DNA of 61,912 nt, filler included, from Globobulimina sp. (Eukaryota): NCBI GenBank assembly GCA_003354225.1. It is 17 parts of 17 records of this genome, joined end to end, with 100 filler letters (N's around TTAATTAATTAA, not from the genome) between each part and the next. Parts side by side here need not be neighbours in the genome. Positions count along the whole stretch, not along the records: positions 1 to 3,552 come from PIVH01002526.1; positions 3,653 to 7,203 come from PIVH01002527.1; positions 7,304 to 10,854 come from PIVH01002528.1; positions 10,955 to 14,505 come from PIVH01002529.1; 13 more parts are not named here. One strand, 5' to 3'. Made by a program: the position numbers and the translations under genes. Below are positions 1-12,256 of this stretch, in pieces; positions within the stretch are counted from its first letter, which is position 1, and every line of letters starts with the position of its first letter. A model generated the notes under the pieces. The model saw only the letters and a program-made list of their open reading frames with translations, did no database searches and was not told where the DNA came from.

Positions 1-155
1 TGTACATTTTGTCGGCGTTATGAACAGTGAATAGGAGTAAATGTGTAAATGTTATTCTGGTTTGCTTCCTAACCCTTTAATTTTCTTACTTTTGTTCAAA
101 GTATCCAAAGAAATGAGCCAGACTCGTCAATGTCGCTTGATTCTAGTTGTTCAGG

Positions 156-1430
156 TTAGGCGATGTCAAACTTTATGTAATTATAATAGCCAAACCCTAT
201 TAAAGTAACCATATAGCCGACTACTTGTTGCCTTGTAACCACATCACCAAATACAACAACACACGCAATCACTAAGCATACATTCCTGAACGCATTCAAT
301 GCTTTCAAATACAATCCCGATGTTACCTTTGTCACCATAAACGAAGCTAAATTGACAAAAAACCCCAATAAACCCGCAATGCCAAACACCCACAAATAAC
401 TCCGAATAATCCTCATATTTTCATCATAAAACTCCATAAAAGCGCCCAACTCCAAAGGAACAGCAATAATACAAATACTTAAAAACGTCATTGGGGCATA
501 AAAATATAACCCTTCAAACGTCGAAAATTTGATTTTCTTTTCATATTCAACTTGATCCCCAATGTACTTTATAATTGACACATTTTTCAACGATTCAACG
601 TCTTTCCTGTCGCCAATTAACTTCATTTTAAAACCTTTGACAAAGCCAACATTGACATCAAATTAAACAAAGACATTTCCAACACTGCTTCAGATATTTG
701 CGTGGTTCGTACCTTGCAGTAACTTTTGTTGTAGCGAGAGTTTCAATGCTTCGGTACACTGAGCGCCAGCGGCTAATAAAAAACCAAATGCATTCGCGTC
801 GTTGTTGGAGACTCCCGTCGATGTTATCGCAGTGCCGAAGGACAATAAAGATATGGACACAATCAGTTGATAGGTGGGCTGTGACTGACCGGTCATGAAT
901 AACAAACACATGGTGATGACCGGCGTGAAGGCTTTGAGCATTTGAATCAATGAGACTGACAAATAAATGTATGCGCGATTCCCAAAGTACATGGTTAAGG
1001 ATTGCAAGAATGAGATCATAAATATGCGCGTCATAAGGAATTTCATGGTGACCAGTTCCTTAATTTCTGTCCGTATTTCAATGTATCCCAAATGGTGGAA
1101 TAAATGGACAATTATCGAGGATGCTGTTATGCCAAATGAGGTTACAATGACTGGATATTTAAAGTCTAATTCCGTTATAATTGTTTTGTTTATCATTATT
1201 AGTAAAGGCCCAACAATCATGAATAACGAGCATGAAAATAAAACTTGGCCATTGCAAAATGATGTGGTATGTAATTTTTTTTCATCTTTGCCTCTGATTT
1301 TTGGTTTGTTTGCGGCAGTGTCATCGTCGACTGTTATGATGGCATTGCTGTTGGATACTAAAGGCACCTTCTCATCATCTTCGCCATTTGCAGTTGCTGC
1401 AGCATGTGAAGCATGACGGTGTGAAATCAT
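156..1430 (-). CDS. Triose-phosphate/nucleotide-sugar transporter family (DMT/SLC35-like), 2 exons
   Basis: Multi-TM protein with family motifs (FKYPVIVT, GNRAYIYLSVSLIQMLKAFTPV, GLYFYAP, GFFVNLASF...TSGL). A GT-AG intron at 635..712 joins ORFs 690..1430 and 156..626 in frame (LLQG|FKMKL). Confidence 0.9.
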
Positions 1431-1807
1431 TTTTTTCTCATTTTCTTCACAAAATCCGTACGGTGGTTTTTTTACATCAAGCTCAAAAACGTTTTTTTAC
1501 AACACAGCTAAGCATAATACTAAATCCATGGGTATTGATCTTAAAATATTTGAGGAAATATCCAACAAATTCATATCAAATTGCTCCTATTTACAGCGAT
1601 TAACAATGAGCTTATTCAAAAAGCAAACAAATAAATAGGTTATCACTAAAACTCAGTGGTTCAGGTCATACGACCTGTATCGCAGAAAGAATTCTGCAGC
1701 TGTTATAAAATCGGACCTATTTATATGGAATTTCTATGGAATCGGACCTATTTATATAATCTATTATTATCATTTACTTTACCTTTTACCTTCTACAACA
1801 ACAAAGA

Positions 1808-2725
1808 ATGGGAATTATGGGATATCTCTGGTGCATGCGCTGCGTTTTGGGGGCAATCATTGTTTGCTCATTACCTACAATTCCAGTGATTGTTGTGCTG
1901 TCATATTGGTTTAATGTATTATTTGCACCATTTATTCTCTCCATTCATTGTATATCATTGCTACTATCAATTCGGTATTTAAATGTTATTCGGAAAATTA
2001 CCAAACCGATTCGGAGAATTCTCACATTAAAAGCTATGAGAGCTGGAATGAGAAAGCACGTATTCGGATATTACAAAGATTTAACAAATTATACAAATTT
2101 AAATGAAATTTATGCGGCGAAGTCCAAATCAATGGGAAAAAAAAGATATAAAATGCTGAAAAAAGTGCCAAAAAAAATAAACGAATTAAAAAATAGCAAA
2201 CATCGATTAAAAATTTATAAAAATAAAAATGATACAGTAAAACGTGAATATTTTTGGTTGGCTTTCAATCATATTTATTATGCAAAGGATAACACATTGG
2301 AACAAGTAGTGGCGGTATTTAGTGAGACATTGTTATTATTGATGGCATTTGAAATTGCTCTAACTGTGGAATTTGAGATGGACGGACAAATGGTAGCATT
2401 CGGCACAATGCATTTATTGAATGACTGTTTCGTTGGGCTTTCTTATGAAGTACATAAAGATTACACTAAAAATATGTTATTTTTTGAATATTTTAGGCAG
2501 ATTTTTGATGAAGTCCTAAATAGAAACGATTGTTCATTTGTTTATGTGCTGCATAGTTGGTATCGAAATAAAAACACAGCTTTTGCCAAAGAATGTGCTG
2601 GTTTCGATTTTATCGATTCAAAAAAAGCAATGACAAAGGAACAAGAGAAAGCATTCAAAGCACTGACAGAGAATTATGATAATAAACTGCTGAACTTCTT
2701 ATTTGTATCGAGTGCAATTGAGTGA
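1808..2725 (+). CDS. Hypothetical membrane-anchored protein with a possible GNAT/FemAB-like C-terminal domain
   Basis: 305-aa ORF with two N-terminal hydrophobic segments. The C-terminal pattern DGQMVAFG...Y...LFFEYF...AFAKECAGF resembles GNAT folds, judged by eye only. Confidence 0.5.
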   Translation: MGIMGYLWCMRCVLGAIIVCSLPTIPVIVVLSYWFNVLFAPFILSIHCISLLLSIRYLNVIRKITKPIRRILTLKAMRAGMRKHVFGYYKDLTNYTNLNEIYAAKSKSMGKKRYKMLKKVPKKINELKNSKHRLKIYKNKNDTVKREYFWLAFNHIYYAKDNTLEQVVAVFSETLLLLMAFEIALTVEFEMDGQMVAFGTMHLLNDCFVGLSYEVHKDYTKNMLFFEYFRQIFDEVLNRNDCSFVYVLHSWYRNKNTAFAKECAGFDFIDSKKAMTKEQEKAFKALTENYDNKLLNFLFVSSAIE

Positions 2726-3552
2726 TTTGTACGAATTATTTTTTTAAAAACTTAAAACTTATGTTTGTGCAGTTTGTGTATGCTGATTCGGTCCTTACTG
2801 CGGTCCACAATCACCATCTGTTCTCTCGTTTTTAGGTTGGATGAGAACTTTTGATGAGAACTTAACTCCCATGATTGGCTTGGACTTGTTTTCTCGCTCT
2901 GTCTTTTTCTGTGTTGTTACACGTGCACAGCAACAAAAAATACAGAATTACCAAGAGTGAGTATTTTGCTCCATGCAAATCCGAAATGTGTCCGGATCCC
3001 TTTTGATTGGTTTGCGTCAGCAAATGGCAACAAAACATGTAAAGGAATTATGCAGAAACATAGCAGATATTTATCCAATGATTACATCAAAATATCCGAT
3101 TAATTTGACCAGTACTTGTTGGTCATGGCATGAACAAAGCATTTCGAGATTATACCAAATTGCTTTGTGCCGTTTTCATAATGCGAATACTGCTGCTTCT
3201 GCGACTGCAATGTGTCAAAGAGATTGCGTTGAATTAATTCATTGCATAATAAGCGCAAACATAAAAATGGGAATAAATTTAGATGTTAAAGTATGGAATA
3301 CCTTTTTCGGGGTTTTTTATTCACTCAAGAATTGAGAATGTCCAACTAAGTGATTTTCGAGACCGTTACATTTCATGTCTCCAATGTCTACACTTGTCTT
3401 TTAGATTGGCGATCCTAAATATGATTCTCACTTATGAATTTCGTCTAAAAGTATCTACGACGAATCAAAAATCATATTTAGGACAATCTAAAATCGACTC
3501 GTCCCGATTTACTTTTTTCAAGAATCGATATTTTTTGAAATCAAGTAAAAAG

Positions 3553-3652
3553 NNNNNNNNNNNNNNNNNNNNNNNNNNNNNNNNNNNNNNNNNNNNTTAA
3601 TTAATTAANNNNNNNNNNNNNNNNNNNNNNNNNNNNNNNNNNNNNNNNNNNN
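3553..3652. other. Artificial contig spacer (first of 16)
   Basis: N44-TTAATTAATTAA-N44. The other copies start at 7204, 10855, 14506, 18156, 21806, 25456, 29104, 32751, 36398, 40044, 43690, 47336, 50981, 54625 and 58269, each 100 bp. The segments between them decrease monotonically in length. Confidence 0.99.
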
Positions 3653-4248
3653 ATCATTAAATGAATTAATAAATAAACATTCAATCAAATATGCTAAATA
3701 TAATTATAAATTAGAGATTCAACAAAATAATTATCCTCGATATGGTAAATTTCCTTCTTTTCGTGTGAGTCCATTGTAATCAGTTTCTAAAGTCAAATTT
3801 TAATTATATTCCCTTATTACTGCGACAGACAATACATATAAAACAGTAGCTAATTATAGTTCGCTTTCTTCGCATCTTTCTAACGTGATGGCAGCTTCTT
3901 AACATGAAGAAATTATCCACACTTTTGTTTTATATCTGTACATAGATATATGTCGAAAGAAATGCTAATATGAAGGTAAACACGCCAGTTGCTTGATATG
4001 TAGTTTTGAGAGACATGGTCCAAGTCAGACCACTATATTAAAAGATTAAAAACATGTCAAAACAAAGTAAAAAACATATTTAATATAACCATCTATTCTT
4101 GGAATTAGTTTCATTAACAGCATATTTTGTGAATTGAGTGGAGGACTGAAGGTTTGACGATATATACACAACAAAAATAGAAATTAAAATTAATACTAAC
4201 ATTACAAAACAGTAACAGCAATTAAAATTAATACTAAACGAAATGTGA

Positions 4249-5824
4249 TTATCGTCGTAAGACATAATGTTCGATATTTATGGATACTTTGCTATTTGCA
4301 ATGATATATGGATTATTCTCGTGAGAATATACTGGAACAATATTTTTTGGAATATTCACGAATGTATTGTCATTGACCTGCGCAGAGACTTTATTTTGTT
4401 GACTTTTCTGATTGACATAAACATCACAAATCATTCGATCAAAATTCACACAAAACAGGAAAGTATCTCCATTTTTAATTTTCTCCCCATTGCCAAGTTT
4501 TAAATCCTTATTTTGAAACTTCTTTTTTTTCCCTTTTTTCGAGCCATTAATCCATCGTTGAATACCAACAGATCCATTACAACATCCTTAGCAACAAAAG
4601 AAACATAACAAACAATTTCAAAAGAAAACAAAGTTACAAACCTAAACAATAAGAATCAGAATGTTTAACAACCAAACCATTATCAAAATATTTCGAAATA
4701 TCATGTCGAAATTCAGCAAAATCCATCGGATATTCAACAAATCCAAAATAGGAAAACTGCGCTAATTCGTTCATTTTAAATGAAAATGCGACTTCCTTAA
4801 AACAGGAAGCCTGTAAAATGTATTTAACATCACCCACAATGCTACACGAACCTTTTTTCGATTTACAGCAAACATCGCGATATGAATTGGATAGCCGCGC
4901 ATTCCTTCCATGCAAGTCTTTGCTCCATAAACATTTAAAATTAGTCACAATATCCACCGGCTCGCAGTATTTTGACCATCGCTTTTTCTCTGAAAGATAC
5001 CGTCGAGCAGATATTGAATATTTTGTTAACGGCAAAATATCCTTCAATTCAATGTATTGCTGCTTATTATCATCAGGCATATATTCATTACTTATTGTAT
5101 TATTTATCAATATTTCATATTTATCATTTAACATTCGGTCCTCATCCAATATTTGCAGCAATACAGTGTCCTCTCTGCCGTCTAACAAACTGATTAATGG
5201 CGGATCGGGTTCGTCTACATCGATGATATGATAACATTCATCCAGTAATGCAACCATTTTGTCTTTAATTGAATCTAATTTGATGTTAAGATTTGTTTTA
5301 TTTCCCTGAATATGGTAACGATCGGTTGATGTTTGAAAATAACTCAAATAACATACACATAACTGACATATAAGTGACTTAACAGAGTTGAAATGTTGTT
5401 GTGATTGTTCTTTATATTCTTGTTTTATTACTCGTTGATATTCGTGAAGGAAATCAATTTGTTCATCAAAAAATGCGTCAATTTTCTCGATATTTTCTTT
5501 TTCAATATCTTTATACTTCTTTTTTTCAAATATGTCAGCATTGTCAGCACCGCATAAGACACATTGTTCTGAATACTCCGCTTCAATGATGATTGTCAGA
5601 AAGAATATTTCGTTCTCATTAAATCCGAATCCCAAAGCAAAGGGTTTGAAGAAGTTTTGTTTGGAATGATAACACGAATGTAACTGCTTCTTGCTTTGTT
5701 GCGGCAATTTATTAAATTTTAAAGAGGCTGTCGCTCCTTGAGCTAGTTCTTCTTGACAATGACCTCCAGCCAGTTCTTGTTGACCTTCAACCTCAATATC
5801 TGGTGTTTGAACCAAATGTGCCAT
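4249..5824 (-). CDS. Coiled-coil - FN3 - SPRY/B30.2-like protein
   Basis: FN3-like segment PDPPLISLL...YIELKDILPLTKYSISARRY...WSKYCEPVDIVT. SPRY-like segment WSKDLHGRNARLS...FSFKM...YFGFV, continued after intron 4587..4641 into GDTFLFCVNFDRMICDVYVN...IVPVYS (ORF 4249..4449). A likely in-frame intron lies at 5306..5356. Confidence 0.7.
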
Positions 5825-6480
5825 GCCACAACAATTAAAAAACTAAGCCAAAAAAGTTATGCTATCTCCGCCCATGCATTAAAATAAATACATTTAATGA
5901 TTGTTTTGATTCTATTTTAATGAAACGAATTGTCGCATATTAAACAGTATATTATTGATGGTAAAATTGTTCACATTCCGTCTTTATCCGAAATAACTTT
6001 ATTTAATAATTTCCATATGCTTCGCTTCGAATCAATTTAGCCCACACATTATTTTTTTTTTATTAATTTTAACAAATTGTAACAATTTATAAACTAGTTT
6101 TCGTTCAATAATCTCTTCGATTGGATCTCGTATGTATGAGAAGTGCGGTTGCTTCAATGCGTGTAGCTGAAGACTTGTGTCTGTTAACGCTGTCATTATG
6201 TAAAGTTGCTACTATTATGTAAATTATCCACACTTTTGTGTGTCATAAAACAACGTGTTTTATATCTGTACATTACCGTATATGTCATCGAATATTATGC
6301 TGGTGTACCAAATTAAAAATGTTGCTGGTTTATAAAAACACTGAACAATATTCCAGACGACCTTTGCAATGTACATAATAATTAAGCATCATACAACAAA
6401 AAAAAAACAAGACAGTACAGCATTTCGATGAAAATTTTCGAAATAAGGAAAGTTACCCACTTGCACTCCAACAGGAGCTA

Positions 6481-7203
6481 ATGTTTGCTTTCTCCAAGAA
6501 GTCAAATGAAATAAATTTAATCCAAACCAATAACAGTAATAATAATAATATAATTAAAGAAGGCTATTTAGAGAAAGAATCAGTTCATCTAAAAACATTT
6601 AGAAAACGATGGATTGTGTTAACAACGGATTATAAATTATACTCATATAAAAAGAAAAAAATATATGCAAATTACACTGAAATTATTGATTTAAAATTAT
6701 GTAAAAATGTAGCAATTTCAAATAAAAATAAAAATCAATTTATATTAATATTTGATGGTAATAAACAACGTAAATTTACGGCAGAATCCATAAATGAGAG
6801 AAATGAATGGATGCAATGCATCGACAAAACGGATAATGTGTCACAGCCAAACGACGACAACAAAACAGTTAAACAAATACATTATAATTGATTTTAATTA
6901 ATTTGTGAGACAAAATGTGCATATAATTACAGAGTGAAAACTATTCAATTTATCAACAACTTATTAATTTGGGATTTGATGAAACAATGTCATTGGAAGC
7001 AAGCCGTAAATATAAAGGAGATATTAATCAATGTATCAATTATCTGACAGCAAAGGAAGAGCAGAAAGAGAATGTTGCTATTAATATTTTTGTGGAATGT
7101 GAATATATGGCCCGCTTAAATCAATTGTTAGAATTGCAATTAGTGCGTGTTTGCGCAGCCGAGATAATAAGAAAAGTGTATGGCAAATATGGAGGGAAAG
7201 ATA
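6481..7203 (+). CDS. PH-domain + UBA-like protein (3' truncated by contig end)
   Basis: PH motif IIKEGYLEKES...FRKRWIVL...FTAESINERNEWMQCI. Intron 6868..6932 joins it in frame to QQLINLGFDETMSLEASRKYKGDINQCINYL (UBA-like). Confidence 0.85.
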
Positions 7204-7373
7204 NNNNNNNNNNNNNNNNNNNNNNNNNNNNNNNNNNNNNNNNNNNNTTAATTAATTAANNNNNNNNNNNNNNNNNNNNNNNNNNNNNNNNNNNNNNNNN
7301 NNNCACCGTTTCTGTTTATAAAGAAAACAAATAAAAGCTCCTTGCACAGGCAAATAAATATCAATATATAACA

Positions 7374-8483
7374 CTAGCATTCTTTAATATTGTCATATCT
7401 CTTAAACACATTACGATACAATGGAGAGGGCACTTTCATGATCAGTCCATCATTATTATTATGTGGATAATATTTATCTCTATAAAAATGCAGATTTGTA
7501 TGCGAAGTGGCCCCTCGATCCAATGATTTCAATCCACTTTGCGTTATCTCATGATAGTGCTTAATGCAATGATCGATCCTTTCATTCGACACTCTATTTT
7601 CACCAAAATATTCCCCCAACTTTCTCAAATTTATACCATGTTTATTATTAAAAAAATCCTCATAAAAAATAAGCACTTTGGAAGCATCGCCTTTCCATTG
7701 GTCGTAGAAGTCAACTAATTTCATGAAAGCATTTCCAAACTGATATTCATAATCTTTCCAAAAATAAGGGACATATTTATTTTCCGACAATATGCATTCG
7801 ATCGGATCGCGGATCAAATATATTAGTCCCCACTCATCGTAGTCTGCAAATTCCTGTGGGATGGCATTTGGTGTATGGATCTTGCGAATGTACGGTCCCT
7901 TTACGTCTGCAGTTTTGATGGCAATTTGCTGCTGCGGTCCGTCGTGTTTTTCCTTTGGATATCCATAAGTCGCTGTTTGTAGCAGGCATTCCAGCATTGC
8001 TTTTGTTAAATGATTGCCACTCCGCGGATAGGACAATAATAAGATGCGCGACCGAGTCAATTCAAAATGGGTGTTATTTGACTGGATTTTCTTTATATTA
8101 TTATTCAAATGCAACGAGTTCGAGACACAAAATTCGCCGTTTAAAGAGGAGGACAATTTAAAATGGTCCAAATGATATTTATATCCGTGCTGGATCCAAT
8201 ATGGGATATCGAGATAGAATGACAGCATGAAATAGGCGATGACTAATAACAATATAATCGCATAGAGGATGATTTTGCATTTGTATTTTGGTTGCCGTCG
8301 ACCAAATAAATACATTGAAGTCGACAAGATGGACCATATGGATTTATTCATTTTTATGGTTCTTTTGGATGACTTATTTGGTGCATCCTGCAAACTTTCC
8401 ATTTCAACATCACTCCGAGAGGAATATGGTCGGTGTATTATTTTTGTTGAATGCATCGGACTGTCCTGGTCCAAATTGTTCAT
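7374..8483 (-). CDS. Type II membrane (Golgi-type) sulfotransferase
   Basis: Single TM near the N-terminus. PAPS-binding 5'-PSB motif LLSYPRSGNH, KIH motif, 3'-PB motif YLIRDPIECILS and LIFYEDF. Confidence 0.85.
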   Translation of the reverse strand: MNNLDQDSPMHSTKIIHRPYSSRSDVEMESLQDAPNKSSKRTIKMNKSIWSILSTSMYLFGRRQPKYKCKIILYAIILLLVIAYFMLSFYLDIPYWIQHGYKYHLDHFKLSSSLNGEFCVSNSLHLNNNIKKIQSNNTHFELTRSRILLLSYPRSGNHLTKAMLECLLQTATYGYPKEKHDGPQQQIAIKTADVKGPYIRKIHTPNAIPQEFADYDEWGLIYLIRDPIECILSENKYVPYFWKDYEYQFGNAFMKLVDFYDQWKGDASKVLIFYEDFFNNKHGINLRKLGEYFGENRVSNERIDHCIKHYHEITQSGLKSLDRGATSHTNLHFYRDKYYPHNNNDGLIMKVPSPLYRNVFKRYDNIKEC

Positions 8484-8528
8484 GAGAGAAAAGTGCAAAA
8501 CTGAGCAGACAACAAATAAATAAAAAAG

Positions 8529-9773
8529 TTACAATTGCTTTTGCAGCACCGTAGCCACTGCCAATTTCATTTTCAACTGGTTTTCAAGTGGTTTGTCTCC
8601 GATGTATTGACAAATTTTAATCGCTTCTTGGAAGAAATTTAGCGCATAGCTCATTTTTTTATTTGATTCTTGTTTCTCTTTTTCCTTATTTTGTCGAATT
8701 GATTGTGTAATCATTGTTGCTAAATTATAAAACGCATAACATTCCGATTGCACGTCGCCTAAAACCGCAACTAACTGCAAATATCTTTCCATGCAACATC
8801 TGGCAATCGAATAATTGGCATTGCACACATTCGCCAATGAAATGTTGCAGATTGCAATGGATTGCGCGATGTTTGAATTTATATTAATAGAATAACGCAA
8901 TGCGTGTTGAAACTGATTGACTGCCAACAATCTCCGATCACATCGCAATAGCAACAAACCAATGTTTGTATATGCAATAAAGAGGGCGGAGTTACAATTC
9001 GTATCATTCATCACATTCGATTCTGTCTCCATTATACAATCCCGATATTTCAGATGATATTCCAACGATTTCTCAAAATATTTGACACATTTCTTTTTTC
9101 TTTTACTGGCGATGATATCGCCTAATAATTGGTAATCGACACCCAATGCATTGTACGCTGCATATAAACCCAAATCGAACTCGACGGCGTTCCTTCTTAT
9201 TTCGGTGTTACTTTTATTGTTATTGTTGTCTGGCTTTGCTTGACAAGTAACAATCACATTTTTTCCGAGAATTTCTATAAACTTTTTGTAACTCGCAATC
9301 GCCTGATATTGTATATGTATGTTATGAATGGAATGGAATGGAATGAAAACGGATTTTAAACACTTAACGTTTTTATAGTCTTTGCAGTTATCATAGATAA
9401 TACCCATAGACAGGTAACAATTTGCGCGATGTCTGTGTTTCTGTGCTCGTTGGCATGTTTCTGACAACATATTGAAATCTTGCAATTTCTCGTTATATTT
9501 CTTCTTATTTTTAATTGTGGCGTGATTGTCTGGAATACGTTGCGGCCATTCACAGACTGGCGGAGGATCAGCACGCAATGGCCCAGTATGGAAATAATAA
9601 TCTGTGAATATTTCCGGTAAATCGCATGATGTCGATGATAAATCTAAATCTTTATCAATGGCATCTGCTGTGTTTTCATTTAGTTGCGATGTTAAATTCT
9701 TTAAATCAACTACTAACTGCTTATTATTATTATTATTATTATTGCCATTTGGATTTTCATCGTGTTCTGACAT
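8529..9773 (-). CDS. Tetratricopeptide-repeat protein
   Basis: Repeated TPR helices (AYNALGVDYQLLG, AYTNIGLLL, AFYNLA...ALNFFQEAI). Likely in-frame intron at 9303..9368. Confidence 0.8.
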   Translation of the reverse strand: MSEHDENPNGNNNNNNNKQLVVDLKNLTSQLNENTADAIDKDLDLSSTSCDLPEIFTDYYFHTGPLRADPPPVCEWPQRIPDNHATIKNKKKYNEKLQDFNMLSETCQRAQKHRHRANCYLSMGIIYDNCKDYKNVKCLKSVFIPFHSIHNIHIQYQAIASYKKFIEILGKNVIVTCQAKPDNNNNKSNTEIRRNAVEFDLGLYAAYNALGVDYQLLGDIIASKRKKKCVKYFEKSLEYHLKYRDCIMETESNVMNDTNCNSALFIAYTNIGLLLLRCDRRLLAVNQFQHALRYSININSNIAQSIAICNISLANVCNANYSIARCCMERYLQLVAVLGDVQSECYAFYNLATMITQSIRQNKEKEKQESNKKMSYALNFFQEAIKICQYIGDKPLENQLKMKLAVATVLQKQL

Positions 9774-10137
9774 TATAGATTTACAATTGTTTGGCTCAAA
9801 TTATTTCGCGTTCTGTTCGCAGCATTATGAACATAAAAGTGCAATTTAGTTATTATGATCATTTAAAGACGTAACCCCAAGACTTCCCACAACAAACCCA
9901 GAGGAAATGTTCCATTTCCAAAATGTAATGTTTTTTATTCAGAATTTATAGTACGAGATATTATTAATTTTGTGGCATAGATAGCTTACAGATCACAAAT
10001 CATGATACAATTAAACAAAAAGACACAAAATCAACCACAAAAAAAAAACCTTAAAAAACAGCACAACTCATATTAAAACATCACAAAATAAATATATCCA
10101 AAACGTCAGTCAGCATACAACATATACAGTACATATA

Positions 10138-10803
10138 TTATTTATGTGCGTTTATAGTTTTATTTTTCTGATATTGTTTTCTAACTTGTGCAACATTTAA
10201 ATAATCATCATCAACATCATCGGCACTAAATGCCACATTATCCACTTCCAAATGGTTACCAAACTGAGCCCAATTATTACCATTCATATCATTATTATTA
10301 TTCTTCTCATTTGTGAGCCTAACCTCAGTGCTCGCTCTTTGTACGGCGGCATTATTCTTCTTGCTTGTGTTTGATATCAATGTCTCATCAAAAGACTTAG
10401 ATTTCCGGATATTATCATCAGGAATGTGCTTATATACAACCAACGATGGCTCAGATATTAATTCCGCATTCTCAATTTTTTTCCTACATAACGGACATGT
10501 GGCAAATTCAGTGCCGTTCATTTTTTTGCTGTGTTCTACATGCGTTTCAATGCAATGTCTATGGAAATGATGGCCACAATCCAACCTGAACACGTTCTTA
10601 CTATTTATCCCAGTCAGTTCCTCCAAACATATGCAACACTGTTTTTGCATCAAATACGCCAATAATCCATCCCAAGTCACCTCCCTTTGACCCCATGAAC
10701 CGGTCAAGCTTAGCTTACCAAACCCCGTCGCTGACTCGGATGGAAAATATCGTTTATGTTTGACCAGATTTTCCATTCCGTTATAACTCATCACCTTAGG
10801 CAT
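10138..10803 (-). CDS. RING-H2 (C3H2C3) finger protein, probably the terminal exon of a truncated gene
   Basis: CCICLEEL...LDCGHHFHRHCI...CPLCR. Confidence 0.85.
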   Translation of the reverse strand: MPKVMSYNGMENLVKHKRYFPSESATGFGKLSLTGSWGQREVTWDGLLAYLMQKQCCICLEELTGINSKNVFRLDCGHHFHRHCIETHVEHSKKMNGTEFATCPLCRKKIENAELISEPSLVVYKHIPDDNIRKSKSFDETLISNTSKKNNAAVQRASTEVRLTNEKNNNNDMNGNNWAQFGNHLEVDNVAFSADDVDDDYLNVAQVRKQYQKNKTINAHK

Positions 10804-10954
10804 GGATTACGAATTAAGTACATATATTATGCAAATTTTTGAATGGCAAATGTANNNNNNNNNNNNNNNNNNNNNNNNNNNNNNNNNNNNNNNNNNNNTT
10901 AATTAATTAANNNNNNNNNNNNNNNNNNNNNNNNNNNNNNNNNNNNNNNNNNNN

Positions 10955-11694
10955 TGTAATTCTAAACATTCAATGAGTTGGTACACTGATAAGAAGAATA
11001 TCATATATTTGAGGCCAAGAACAAAATATCGTCTGTCATTTTGTCCATATTTTTGCAAAACATTTGATACATTTATTTTCCATTCCGCATCACCATTAAT
11101 ATTTGAATTCGAATCTAAATTAAGAGAACAAATTTGATCACTCACAAAAACCATTATTTTATTTAGAAATTCAACATAAATTACTTTTGTTGTTTGCCAC
11201 ACTGTTTCATGATTTATATGCAATTCAGATAACATTTGAAAAGATTGCGTTTCTGGATTATATGTAAGGTGATGGAGTAATGAAGTCTCGTTATGTTGCA
11301 ATGTTTTAATGCAATGCATATTATTTTGTTGTGCTGCAAAGGAATAAGATAATGCTTTTGGATAAATTGATAACGATATCTGTTGTAATATACGTTGGTT
11401 ATTATCATATATACACTGCAGCATATTATTTGTGATAAATTTTGTAATCCCTGACTCAACGTTGATAATTGCGATTAATTTGTTACAGGAGGTAAATAAA
11501 AATAAATCACCGTTGTTTGAATTAATTGTAATTGCATGGTGACAAAGATTCAAATCAGGCGGGTATTTGTATAAATGGCTGCATCTCTTTGTTGCTAAAT
11601 CATATTTGTAAATAAATCGTACTATTTGTTTGTTATAATTTGGACAAATATTAGGAAATGTTTGTGGCTCAGTTTTGAGCAATAATAAACGCAA
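10955..11694 (-). CDS. Kelch-like/beta-propeller-like hypothetical protein fragment (3' truncated)
   Basis: Beta-strand repeats (IYKYDLATK, HHAITINSNNGDLFLF, HLTYNPET, WK). The start is unclear and it may be a pseudogene. Confidence 0.4.
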
Positions 11695-12256
11695 TTAGCT
11701 GGTTCACACTCTATATACAGAGGCAGCGATGACATATTTATATGACCAACTGCCATTGTGTTTCATGGGTCAGTCATCAAAACAACGTTTTTTTTACACT
11801 AAACATTCAATGAGTTGGTACGCTGAAAAGAAGAACAAAATATCGTCTTTCATTTTGTCCATATTTTGTCCATATTTTGTCCATACTTTCCATTCCGCAT
11901 ATTTAAACCATTAATAGAGTTAGTGCATTTTAGTGAAAAGAAAGTAAAGTCGATAATTCAGTTGATTTTATCCGTCTACAATCAATATTTAACAGACTAA
12001 ACGAATAAATACTGAATTATGTCAACCGTATTTATATACAAAAACGAAAACCAAATAATTTTATTTGCAAAGGAATAAGTTGCTTCAATAGACTTAGAGC
12101 ATTTTTTTTTATGTAAATTTGTTTGGGATTTAATTATAACCCCTTTTGAGGCACCAGCTACAATAATAGTAACTTTTGTGTTTTTCACATGCTGCAGACA
12201 TTCCTTTGTTGAGATATAGATTAAAAATAGCTTATAAAAAATTCCACTGTAAAAAC

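Noticed and set aside
2973-3552. ORFs 2973..3335 and 3283..3552 (faint PPR-like phrase GINLDVKVWNTFF)
   Set aside because: Too short and weak to call; may be a gene remnant followed by repeat sequence.
3913-3921. TTATCCACA DnaA-box match (also at about 6224)
   Set aside because: Eukaryotic context and isolated copies within a small repeat; not an oriC.
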